Part shown: piece by piece, positions 47,591 through 57,300 of the stretch | How the letters are laid out: the number at the start of each line of letters is the position of its first letter | How positions within the stretch are numbered: the first letter of the stretch is position 1 | Assembly: GCA_047947115.1 (NCBI GenBank) | Contig: CP170459.1 | Span: 3,328,001-3,392,000 of the forward strand | Length of the DNA: 64,000 bases | DNA from: Verrucomicrobiota bacterium | GTDB lineage: Bacteria; Verrucomicrobiota; Verrucomicrobiia; Limisphaerales; AAA164-E04 | Direction: 5' to 3' | The notes under the pieces: generated by a model | What the model saw: the letters and a program-made list of their open reading frames with translations, nothing else | What the model was told of the DNA's origin: nothing | The model's database searches: none | Translations under genes and position numbers: made by a program

Positions 47591-48311
47591 AATTCGATGT
47601 CTTAAGTGTTCGACTATAAAACTCCGATGCCTCGCGGCAGGCATGTCTCAGGCGTTTTACGGCATAGCGCATGTTGCGTTGCTTGAAAAGATGCGATCCA
47701 CTTACAAAGGTGTCGGCACCTTCACGGGCACACATGGCGCCGGTTTTATCGTTGATGCCACCATCAACCTGGATCCGAAACTTCAGTTTTTTCTCGTCAC
47801 GCCACCGATTTGCCTGCTGGATTTTTGGCAATGTTTCCTCAATGAATGATTGCCCTCCAAAGCCCGGGTTGACGGTCATGACCAACAGCAGGTCAATTTT
47901 GTCCAGAAACGGTGTCACATCATGAATCGATGTTGGCGGATTGATTGCCAGCCCCACTTTCTTGTTCAAAGATCGAATTTGCCAGATGAGATCATCCACT
48001 CGACGATCGCCTAGTTCGACATGTATCGTGATGGAATCTGCTCCTGCTGAGTCAAAAGGTTTCAGCAGGATGTCCGGTTTGGAACACATCAAATGGACAT
48101 CAAAAAATAAGTCCATGTGCGGACGCAGTGATTTGACGACATCAGACCCAAAACTGAGGTTGGGAACAAAATGTCCGTCCATGATGTCCAGATGCAGCCA
48201 TTCCGCCTGCGATCGAGTCACTCTTTCTGAATCGCGATGAAAATGTCCGAAATCTGCCGCCAACAGACTTGGCGCTATGACAACCGGATGTTTCAAGGTG
48301 GACCGACTCAT
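47556..48311 (-). CDS. rpe: Ribulose-phosphate 3-epimerase
   Basis: IAPSLLAADF, HLDIMDGHFVPNLSFG, DVHLM, MTVNPGFGGQ, QVDGGI. Start ATG 48311. Confidence 0.96.
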   Translation of the reverse strand: MSRSTLKHPVVIAPSLLAADFGHFHRDSERVTRSQAEWLHLDIMDGHFVPNLSFGSDVVKSLRPHMDLFFDVHLMCSKPDILLKPFDSAGADSITIHVELGDRRVDDLIWQIRSLNKKVGLAINPPTSIHDVTPFLDKIDLLLVMTVNPGFGGQSFIEETLPKIQQANRWRDEKKLKFRIQVDGGINDKTGAMCAREGADTFVSGSHLFKQRNMRYAVKRLRHACREASEFYSRTLKTSNSNAPVPQPHLL

Positions 48312-48324
48312 CAGTTGAAGCGCA

Positions 48325-50397
48325 TTAAGCCGTAGCGGGGGAAGCCCCGCCAAATCCTGGATCCAACTCAGTCTTCTTGGGAGGCACCTCCGGGGTGGGG
48401 GTGCTGGCTTGTGCTCCCATGGGAGGAGCAGGAGGGGTTGTTGGCTTTTCCGGTGGATTGAACTTGCCTGTTCGGACAATCTCTTCCACTTGTGACCCGT
48501 CCAGCGTTTCATACTCCAGCAAACTGTCCGCAATGAGCTCCAATTTGGCACGGTTGTCGTCAATCAACTTTTTGGCCGTCTGATATCCGTCGTCAATCAG
48601 TCGCTTGACTTCCGTGTCGATTTCCTGGGAGGTATGCTCGCTGTAGGCGCGGGATCGCGACATTTCTTTCCCTAAAAAGACATAATCATTATCTTCTCCA
48701 TATTGCACCATGCCCAGGCGGTCGCTCATGCCATATTGACAGACCATGGCTTTCGCCAACTGGGTGGCTTGCTGGATATCCCCGGAAGCTCCGGTGGATA
48801 TGTCATGCGTGACGATTTCCTCAGCAATACGCCCGGCCATCATGACCGCAATCATGTCTTCCATTTCCCGCTTTTGGCGATTGAGGACGTCCTGCTTGGG
48901 GAGAGACATGGTGGAACCGAGGGATTGACCGCGGGGAATGATGGTTACCTTGTGGAGCGGGTGCGTGTGATCCAGCATGACGTTGACCAGAGCGTGGCCG
49001 GCTTCGTGCCAGGCAGTCGTTTTCTTGTCTTCATCGGTCATCGCCAGACTCCGGCGTTCTCGGCCCCAGCGGACCTTGTCACGCGCCTCTTCCAACTCGC
49101 CCATTCCGATGGATTTTTGATTGCTCCTGGCTGCAAGCAGTGCGGCTTCGTTCAGCAAATTGGCGAGTTCCGCACCTGAATAACCAGGGGTGCCCCGGGC
49201 GATCACACCCAAATCCACATCGGGTCCCAGTTTCACATTCTTGGCATGAACTTTCAGGATCTGTTCGCGTCCTTTGATGTCCGGTAAATTCACCGAAATC
49301 TGTCGATCAAAACGGCCGGGCCGAAGCAGTGCTGGGTCCAGAACATCCGGACGATTGGTGGCGGCAATGATGATGATGCCATCCTGGGTGTCAAAGCCGT
49401 CCATTTCGACCAACAGCGCATTGAGTGTTTGTTCCCGTTCATCGTTCCCGCCGCCCAATCCGTGACCACGACTTCGACCGACAGCATCAATCTCATCAAT
49501 GAAAATCAAACACGGGGTACTCTTGCGAGCCTGATCGAACATGTCGCGGACTCGACTGGCTCCAACGCCGACGAACATTTCGACAAAATCCGAACCGCTG
49601 ATGCTGAAAAAGGATGCATCCGCTTCACCGGCAATAGCTTTTGCGAGAAGTGTTTTTCCGGTTCCCGGCGAGCCGATCATCAGGATACCTTTGGGAATTC
49701 TACCCCCAAGTTTTTGAAATTTCTTTGGATCTTTAAGGAACTCAACAAGTTCTGATACCTCTTCCTTGGCTTCGTCCACACCGGCCACGTCTTTGAATGT
49801 AGTGCGGTTCTTCTCTTTGCTGAGCATGCGGGCCTTGCTCTTGCCAAAGCTGAGCGCACCCTTACCGGCCATGCGAATCTGCCGGATCAGAAAGACATAA
49901 ATCAAAATGGCTATAATGAGAAATGGAAGGATCGAGAAAAGAAATCCAGTCAGCAGGGTGCTTGGCTGTGTGGCACGAAACCGGGCACTTTCCAACATCT
50001 GCTGTTCCATGGAATCCATCAGCACCGTTTTGATGTAAAAAGCCTGAAGGATTTCCTGGCCGTTTTCATCCGTCTGGATCTCGATCTTCTTGTCTCCGTT
50101 TGCGTTTTCGCCGGTTACCCGGTAGAGCTTGTACCGCCCGGTGATCTCCTGCAGCCGGCTCTGAGGATCATAATTAATGATCCCTTTTTCCACCAGATCG
50201 TTGTCGACCAGGAGTTTGAGTTCTGCGTAGTTAATCTGTTTCTGTTCACCGGTTTCGGCCTGGCGTTGCAGGAACATGATCAAGGGGATCAATCCAAGAA
50301 TGGCGATCCAAATCAATAGCGTTCTTGGCGGGACTTTCATCTCGCCATTTTCGTTATCGTCTTCCGGTCTTTTGTTGTTTGGTCCGTTTTTTGACAT
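48325..50397 (-). CDS. ftsH: ATP-dependent zinc metalloprotease FtsH
   Basis: Two TMs; [38 protein letters not shown]. Confidence 0.98.
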   Translation of the reverse strand: MSKNGPNNKRPEDDNENGEMKVPPRTLLIWIAILGLIPLIMFLQRQAETGEQKQINYAELKLLVDNDLVEKGIINYDPQSRLQEITGRYKLYRVTGENANGDKKIEIQTDENGQEILQAFYIKTVLMDSMEQQMLESARFRATQPSTLLTGFLFSILPFLIIAILIYVFLIRQIRMAGKGALSFGKSKARMLSKEKNRTTFKDVAGVDEAKEEVSELVEFLKDPKKFQKLGGRIPKGILMIGSPGTGKTLLAKAIAGEADASFFSISGSDFVEMFVGVGASRVRDMFDQARKSTPCLIFIDEIDAVGRSRGHGLGGGNDEREQTLNALLVEMDGFDTQDGIIIIAATNRPDVLDPALLRPGRFDRQISVNLPDIKGREQILKVHAKNVKLGPDVDLGVIARGTPGYSGAELANLLNEAALLAARSNQKSIGMGELEEARDKVRWGRERRSLAMTDEDKKTTAWHEAGHALVNVMLDHTHPLHKVTIIPRGQSLGSTMSLPKQDVLNRQKREMEDMIAVMMAGRIAEEIVTHDISTGASGDIQQATQLAKAMVCQYGMSDRLGMVQYGEDNDYVFLGKEMSRSRAYSEHTSQEIDTEVKRLIDDGYQTAKKLIDDNRAKLELIADSLLEYETLDGSQVEEIVRTGKFNPPEKPTTPPAPPMGAQASTPTPEVPPKKTELDPGFGGASPATA

Positions 50398-50552
50398 CTC
50401 TGCTTCCCGAGAGATTACACCTTGATAAGGATGGATGCAACCATCTATACATGACTATCCATTCACAAGAATGGGATACGCACTTTCCATAGCTGTTATC
50501 GGTTGGAAACTAGGCGGACTCCAAAGGACACAACTGCAAAAAAAGGTAATGG

Positions 50553-51200
50553 GTGAACGCACAGGCAGAAGATACGAACGATCCATGTCGGAGAAGGTGT
50601 TTTATTGCCGCTGACAAAAAGGCGCTTTACCGGATATGCCAGCAGACAGGGGACGCCGGCAAGGATGCCACCCATATATTTCACGACGTGGACTTGCTGG
50701 GGGATCTTTATGTGGGACCTTATCTGGAATTTGAACCGGAGTTGGCCTGGACCATTGAAGATGGCCGGGGTGTCTGTGGGTATGTGCTGGCTGTGTCGGA
50801 CACGGTTGCCTATCAAAAATGGCATTTGCGTAATTGGTTGCCCAAGATTAGGAAAGGGCGGCATTTTCCTAAAATCCCAGAAGAGGACTGGACCATGGAT
50901 GATGCACTGCGGGCATCCCTTTTTGAGTTTGAGTTTGATCGTCCGGAATGGCTGGAACAATTTCCATCTCACATCCATATCGATCTCCTTCCACGCATCC
51001 AGGGCAAGGGGTGGGGGAGCCGCTATGCTCAGGACATGTTGGACACACTTTGCCAGAAAGGCAGTGTGGGGGTGCATCTGGGCATGCACCCGGAGAATCT
51101 GCAGGCGCTCTCATTTTACCAAAAACTGGGCTTTCAAGTTCTGGAACAGGTTGAACTCAGGTGGGAAGAAGTTCTTTATTTGGGAAAATACTTGCAGTGA
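50553..51200 (+). CDS. GNAT N-acetyltransferase resembling the O-GlcNAcase C-terminal acetyltransferase-like domain
   Basis: GDAGKDAT, GDLYVGPYL...PELA, GYVLA, SHIHIDLLPRIQGKGWG, N..A..FYQKLGF. Confidence 0.85.
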   Translation: MNAQAEDTNDPCRRRCFIAADKKALYRICQQTGDAGKDATHIFHDVDLLGDLYVGPYLEFEPELAWTIEDGRGVCGYVLAVSDTVAYQKWHLRNWLPKIRKGRHFPKIPEEDWTMDDALRASLFEFEFDRPEWLEQFPSHIHIDLLPRIQGKGWGSRYAQDMLDTLCQKGSVGVHLGMHPENLQALSFYQKLGFQVLEQVELRWEEVLYLGKYLQ

Positions 51201-51218
51201 TGGCCATCTTGACGGCCA

Positions 51219-51974
51219 ATGTGCACCATGATTGAATCGATGTTCGACTCTCAAAGGTATCTGGATACGGTCTCAGACCAAATACGCAAAGTAAGAGAAA
51301 CGCAATGGCAGGCCATTGAAACAGCGGGTCAGTGGATCGCCAAGGCCCTGACCCAGGATCACTGGTTTTATACATTTGGGACCGGGCACTCCAGATTATT
51401 GGCTGAAGAAGTGTTTCACCGTGCTGGTGGGCTTGCAAGAGCGGTGCCGATTCTGGATCCAATGATCTATTTCTCCGCAGGGGCCGAAAACGCCACTGCT
51501 TTCGAACGCAAGGAAGGGGCAGCCAAAGTGCTCCTGGACCAGTACCCTGTTGAGGCGGGAGATGTCATCATGATTTCCTCCAACTCCGGACGCAATGCCC
51601 TGCCTATCGAAATGGCATTGGACGCCAAAGAACGGGGATTGAAAGTCATCGCTTTGGTCAACCTGCAACATAGCCAGGCCTGGCCCACCCGGCACTCGTC
51701 CGGAAAGAATCTCGCGGAAATTGCCGATCTGGTATTGGACAACTGCGGTATTGAAGGAGATGCCGCACTCGAAATAGAAGGTATACCCGGAAAGGTGGCT
51801 CCGACATCGACCATCACGGGAGCGCTGCTGGTTAATCTGGTGCTGGTATCCACCGTCTCCACAATGAAGAAAATGGGGCAAGATCCTGAAATTTACATCA
51901 GCAGCAACAGTAATGGAGACGATCACAATACCAAGCTGGCCAACAAATACCGAGGTCGCATTCGGCACCTGTAA
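51219..51974 (+). CDS. SIS (sugar isomerase) domain protein, UPF0309-like
   Basis: FGTGHS..LAEEVFHRAGGL, SNSGRN, DLVLDN...GDA, PTSTITG. Start could be 51228 or 51240. Confidence 0.9.
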   Translation: MCTMIESMFDSQRYLDTVSDQIRKVRETQWQAIETAGQWIAKALTQDHWFYTFGTGHSRLLAEEVFHRAGGLARAVPILDPMIYFSAGAENATAFERKEGAAKVLLDQYPVEAGDVIMISSNSGRNALPIEMALDAKERGLKVIALVNLQHSQAWPTRHSSGKNLAEIADLVLDNCGIEGDAALEIEGIPGKVAPTSTITGALLVNLVLVSTVSTMKKMGQDPEIYISSNSNGDDHNTKLANKYRGRIRHL

Positions 51975-52104
51975 CAGCGGTGTGTCTCTGAAGCCGCAGG
52001 GGATCATCCTGCGTGCCTTTTGAATGATGCTTGTCGATGGGATTTCCTGCCTTGTTTACGATTTTGCTTTTTTTCGGGCCTGAAATCCGCTTTTTTCAAG
52101 GACT

Positions 52105-53421
52105 ATGATACCGCGTTATTCACGCCCCGCCATGCGGGAAATTTGGACCGAACAGCGAAAACTGGAAATCTGGTTGAATGTCGAACTGCTGGCCACCGAA
52201 GCTTTGGTGGACCAGGGAATCGTGCCTGCGCGCGATTTTCAGAAAATGAAGAAAGGGGCTGCTTTCAGCATTGATCGATGCAAGGAGCTGGAGAAAACCC
52301 TCAACCACGACGTCATCGCCTTCACCACCAACGTCGCTGAAAATATCAACGACAAGGCCTCGCGCTGGTTGCACTACGGATTGACCAGCAGCGATTTGAT
52401 CGATACGGCTTTTGCTGTGCAGATGGTTGAATCCGTTGACATCCTGATCAAGGATGTGGTGGATCTGAGGAAAGTGATTGGCCGGAAAGCCAAGAAACAC
52501 ATGTTCACCCCCATGATCGGGCGCAGTCACGGTATCCATGCCGAACCCACCACGTTTGGTTTGAAAATGGCGCTGATGTTCGATGAATTTGGTCGGGCCG
52601 AACGTCGATTGAAAGATGTGCGCAAGCATGTCGCTTTTGGAAAATTATCTGGTGCCGTGGGAACCAACGCACACCTCTCACCCAAGGTTGAAAACTTTGT
52701 ATGCCGTAAGCTTGGGTTGAAGCCAGCGCCGATTGCCACTCAGGTCATTCAGCGCGATATCCACGCCGAATTCATTTCCACCATCGCCCTGGTGGGTGCC
52801 AGCATCGAGCGATGGGCCACCGAGTTTCGTCATCTCCAGCGCACCGAAGTTCTGGAAGCCGAAGAATTTTTCGCCAAAGGCCAGAAGGGTTCCAGTGCCA
52901 TGCCCCACAAGCGGAACCCGATCACCGGCGAACGGCTCACCGGCCTGGCCCGGGTGCTTCGCGGCAATGCCGTGGCCGCATTGGAAAATGTCGCCCTCTG
53001 GCACGAACGTGATATCAGCCACAGTTCGGTGGAACGAGTGATCTTCCCTGACTCATGCGTGTTGTTGGATTACATGCTTTACAAGTTGACCGACCTGACC
53101 GACGGATTGATTGTCTATCCCGAGAACATGGACAGGAATATGAAGCTGTCCCTGGGGATGTGGAATTCTCAAACGGTGTTGCTCGCCCTGATTCAAAAGG
53201 GGTTGACGCGTGAAGATGCCTATTCCCTGGTGCAACGTAACGCCATGTTGACCTGGAAGAGCAAACACGCGGGCGATGTGGACGCCGATTTCAAGAAGCA
53301 ATTAATGTCCGATCCGGATGTGGCAAAACACTTCAAGGCCGGTGAATTGGACAAGCTTTGTTCCACCGATTTCCATTACAAGCAGATCAAGTCCCGCTTC
53401 AAGAAATTGGGGATCAAGTAA
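52105..53421 (+). CDS. purB: Adenylosuccinate lyase
   Basis: MIPRYSR, HYGLTSSD, GRSHGIHAEPTTFG, GSSAMPHKRNP, WHERDISHSSVER. Confidence 0.97.
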   Translation: MIPRYSRPAMREIWTEQRKLEIWLNVELLATEALVDQGIVPARDFQKMKKGAAFSIDRCKELEKTLNHDVIAFTTNVAENINDKASRWLHYGLTSSDLIDTAFAVQMVESVDILIKDVVDLRKVIGRKAKKHMFTPMIGRSHGIHAEPTTFGLKMALMFDEFGRAERRLKDVRKHVAFGKLSGAVGTNAHLSPKVENFVCRKLGLKPAPIATQVIQRDIHAEFISTIALVGASIERWATEFRHLQRTEVLEAEEFFAKGQKGSSAMPHKRNPITGERLTGLARVLRGNAVAALENVALWHERDISHSSVERVIFPDSCVLLDYMLYKLTDLTDGLIVYPENMDRNMKLSLGMWNSQTVLLALIQKGLTREDAYSLVQRNAMLTWKSKHAGDVDADFKKQLMSDPDVAKHFKAGELDKLCSTDFHYKQIKSRFKKLGIK

Positions 53422-53458
53422 TCCCCATACATCTCATGAGGCGCTATTCTTTTTTCGC

Positions 53459-54241
53459 ATGGATCTGAACGGAAAAACCATCCTGGTCGTCGGCGGGACC
53501 AGTGGACTGGGTGAGTCCGCGGCCAGGATGTTCTTGAAATGCGGAGCCAGAGTGGTCGTTACGGGTCGAAACGAAGACAAACTGCAAGCGGCAACATCCT
53601 GGTTGGGGGATGATGGGATGGCGCTTTCATGTGATGCCTCCAGTTCGAAGGAAACCCATGAAGTTTTTCGTAAATTGAAGGAAGCCTTCGGTGATTTGCA
53701 TGGAGTTTACCACGTGGCAGGCGGGAGTGGACGTCGTTTTGGGGATGGTCCGTTGCATGAAATCACCGATGAAGGTTGGGATTTAACCATGAAATTAAAT
53801 CTGGATTCGGTCTTTTACTCCAACCGGGCGGCCATCCGAATTTTTCTGGAGCAGGGCAAGGGGGGCGCCATTGTCAATTGTGGGTCGGTCCTTGGTTTTT
53901 CTCCATCCCCTCGTTTTTTTACCACGCATGCCTATGCCGCCGCAAAATCCGCGATGATCGGCATGACCAAGTCTGCCGCCGCTCATTATGCTGGCAACGG
54001 CATCCGTATCAACCTGCTTTGCCCCGGCCTGGTGGCAACCCCCATGTCCGAACGTGCCCAAACCAATCAACCTATCATGGACTTTATCCGTACAAAGCAA
54101 CCATTGGACGGCGGACGCATCGGTATGCCCGAGGACTTGGACGGAGCGGCTGCCTTCTTGTTGTCCGATGCGGCTTGTTTTGTGACAGGACAGGTTCTGT
54201 CCGTGGACGGAGGCTGGAGCGTCAGCGAAGGTAAGACATGA
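53459..54241 (+). CDS. Short-chain dehydrogenase/reductase
   Basis: GGTSGLG, YAAAK, PG, VTGQVLSVDGG. Start ATG 53459. Confidence 0.93.
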   Translation: MDLNGKTILVVGGTSGLGESAARMFLKCGARVVVTGRNEDKLQAATSWLGDDGMALSCDASSSKETHEVFRKLKEAFGDLHGVYHVAGGSGRRFGDGPLHEITDEGWDLTMKLNLDSVFYSNRAAIRIFLEQGKGGAIVNCGSVLGFSPSPRFFTTHAYAAAKSAMIGMTKSAAAHYAGNGIRINLLCPGLVATPMSERAQTNQPIMDFIRTKQPLDGGRIGMPEDLDGAAAFLLSDAACFVTGQVLSVDGGWSVSEGKT

Positions 54242-54384
54242 AAGAACCATAGTGAATTTGAATAAGGGATCGGGCTGTTCAGTAAAAAAATGCCACCCCG
54301 GCATCGCCCATCCGCCACTCTGAATTCATTATGTCAACTCACGTTTTTTGCCAACGGAGGAGGGTAGCCCATGAAGGAGTCATT

Positions 54385-57300
54385 ATGAGACATTTTTCTA
54401 TCATCAATATTTGTGCAATCCTTCTGTTGTTTGAGGGCTGGGGTGTGCTTGCGGATACCGAGGTGCCTGTCGTCAGCTCGGTCGATCCACAACCGGGTTT
54501 GGTGGAGAAGTTCGATGAAGTGACTATTCGGTTTTCGGAGCCGGTCCGTGGAGTGGATCGGGGGGATCTTGTCTTGAATGGCAATTCTGCCGTTCGAATG
54601 TCGGGTAGTGGGGATACTTATCGTTTTACCTTTGCAGGCACCCAGGCACGTGAACTCACACTTCGTTGGCAGCAGGATCCGGGCATCGAAGATCTGGCAT
54701 CGCCACCCAATGTGTTCGACTGGCAGGCGGCTTCAGAAATCAGAGTGTATCAATTACTGGATCAGAATGCCCCTTATGTCACTCAGATCTTTCCGCGTCC
54801 TGGTCAGCGGCTTTCTTCATTTTCCAAGGTGGAAGTGTTTTTTTTGGAGCCCGTTTTTGGGTTGGATGCCCTGGATTTGTTGGTCAATGGCGCGCCTGCT
54901 GAATCACTGAGTGGAGCAGGGGCGGGTCCTTATGTGTTCGAGTTTCCCGCTCAATCAAATGGTGGGCTGCGCCTGACTTGGCGTGAGGATCATGGAGTGG
55001 AGGATGACGCCCCTGAACCGAATGCTTTTCAACCTGGAGAGTGGCGTTATGAAGTTGATCCCAATGTACGCTATAAGGGGGTCGAAATCACCGAGATGCT
55101 GGCGGGAAATCAGAGTGGATTGATGGATGATGATCGGGATCACGTGGATTGGATTGAGTTGCACAACACAACCGATACTAAAGTGGACTTGACGGGGTGG
55201 TCCTTATCGGACGATCCGGATCAGCCGGGGAAGTGGGTGTTTGATGGATTACTCATCGGACCGGACGATTATTTGATTGTGTTCGCTTCTTCCAAGGATC
55301 GTCCCAACAGGCGGACAGGATTCTCCCCACATACGAATTTCAGTTTGAGTCGAGCTGGTGAGTTTCTTGGTTTGTATAGTCCGGAAATGCCTCGCCGGCT
55401 GGTGAGTGATTTGGGAGATCGCTATCCGGTCCAGCGCAATGATCATTCCTACGGTCGGCTGGACGACGGCACGTTTGCTTATTTTTCTTCGCCGACTCCG
55501 GGACGAGATAACGAGGGACCCTCGATAACGGAAATTTTACCGGAACCGCATTTCAGCGCATCAAGAGGCTATTACGATCGTGCTTTTCAGCTTGTTTTGT
55601 CCACTCCCGTGGATGGGGCGGTGGTCCGTTTTACGTTGGACCAGTCGGAACCCACAATGGAAAATGGTGTTACCTACGAGTCTCCCATTGAACTCAGTCG
55701 TACCTCCACCGTACGTGCGGCGGTTTTCAAAACAGGACTCCTTCCCTCCAAAACAGAAACGCATACTTATCTCTTCAGGATGAGCCGATCCAGGCGTGCA
55801 TTTCCGGTTCTTTCACTGGTTACCGATGAGGAGCATTTGTGGGGACGGCAGGGGATCATGGAAACAAGACCCCGCAATACCACCAAGCGTGGGCGGTCCT
55901 GGGAACGGCCGGTGTCAGTCGAGTATTTTCTACCGGATGGTTCCACCGGGTTTCAGATCGATGCTGGTCTGCGTATCCAGGGAGGGAATTATGTAAGGGA
56001 ACGGTATGATCCAAATGGGGGACTGCCTTTTCGAAAGTATTCTTTCCGATTGTATTTCCGAGGCGATTACGGAGAGTCGACGTTGAACTACCCGCTGATA
56101 CCCCGTTCACCCGCTCATTCGTACAAGCAAATTGTTTTGCGCGCGGGAATGAATGATCATTCCAATCCGTTTGTGGTGGATGAATTGGTGCGGCGACTTT
56201 CGGCAGATATGGGGCAGGTTTCCAGTCAGGGCACGTTGGTTCACCTCTACATCAACGGAGTTTACAAGGGATATTACAATCCGACCGAACGCATAGACGA
56301 AGACTTTCTCGACACCTGGCAAGGGGGCAACGGTGAATATGATATCATCGCGCAGTTCGGTGAGGTCAGGTCCGGGGATACGTTGGAATGGAATCGACTC
56401 AAGACGGCGATGAACCGTGATTTGTCTGTGGCTTCCAATTACCGGACAGCGGGCCAGTTGCTGGATATCGACAGTTTTATCGATTATTTGATCCTCAATA
56501 TCTATACCGGGACCCGCGATTGGCCCCATAACAACTGGCGTGCCGCCAGGGAACGAGTCGATGGAGCCCGTTGGCGGTTTTATGTTTGGGATGCAGAGTG
56601 GTCCTTTTTTAATGCCGGTGGAGATGTTCGCCATAATACGCTGACGACGGAACTGGTGGTTGAGCAGGACATCGCACGCTTCTACCAGTCACTTGCAAAG
56701 AACAGCGATTTTCGAGTGCGTTTTGCAGACCGCGTCCATCAACATTTTTTCGGCAATGGAGCGCTGACCGATGAACATATACTCAAGCGTTACGAGGAAT
56801 TAAGGGATGGTATCGCAGGGGTGGTCAGGATCACTGACACGATCGCAACCAGTTGGATTCCTCAACGCCGTAACATTGTTCTGGAGCAGCTTGCCGAGCA
56901 GGGTTTGTTCCTTGCTGACAATGTGCCGCAATTTTCAGCGCCGCCAGGTGGTGTGCGTGATGGACAGGTCAGTTTATCTGCTGATGGCGAGCAGATTTAT
57001 TACACACTCGACGGCTCTGATCCTTTTCTGCCCGAAAGTTCGTCTGGAAATCATCTGCCATTGGTGACCGGGCGAGCGACCAAATATGTGCATGTGCCGA
57101 TTGATGGAACCATCCGAAGTTCCTGGCGGTCGAATGTTACCGATTTTGACGATTCGGACTGGCTGCGGGGACGGGGCGGAGTGGGATTTGATCGGGCGCA
57201 GACTTACGATGCTCATATCAGAATCGATGTGGGGGATGAGATGATTGGGAAAAGTACGTCCGTCTACGTCCGCATTCCTTTCAATGTTCGGATGCGGGAC

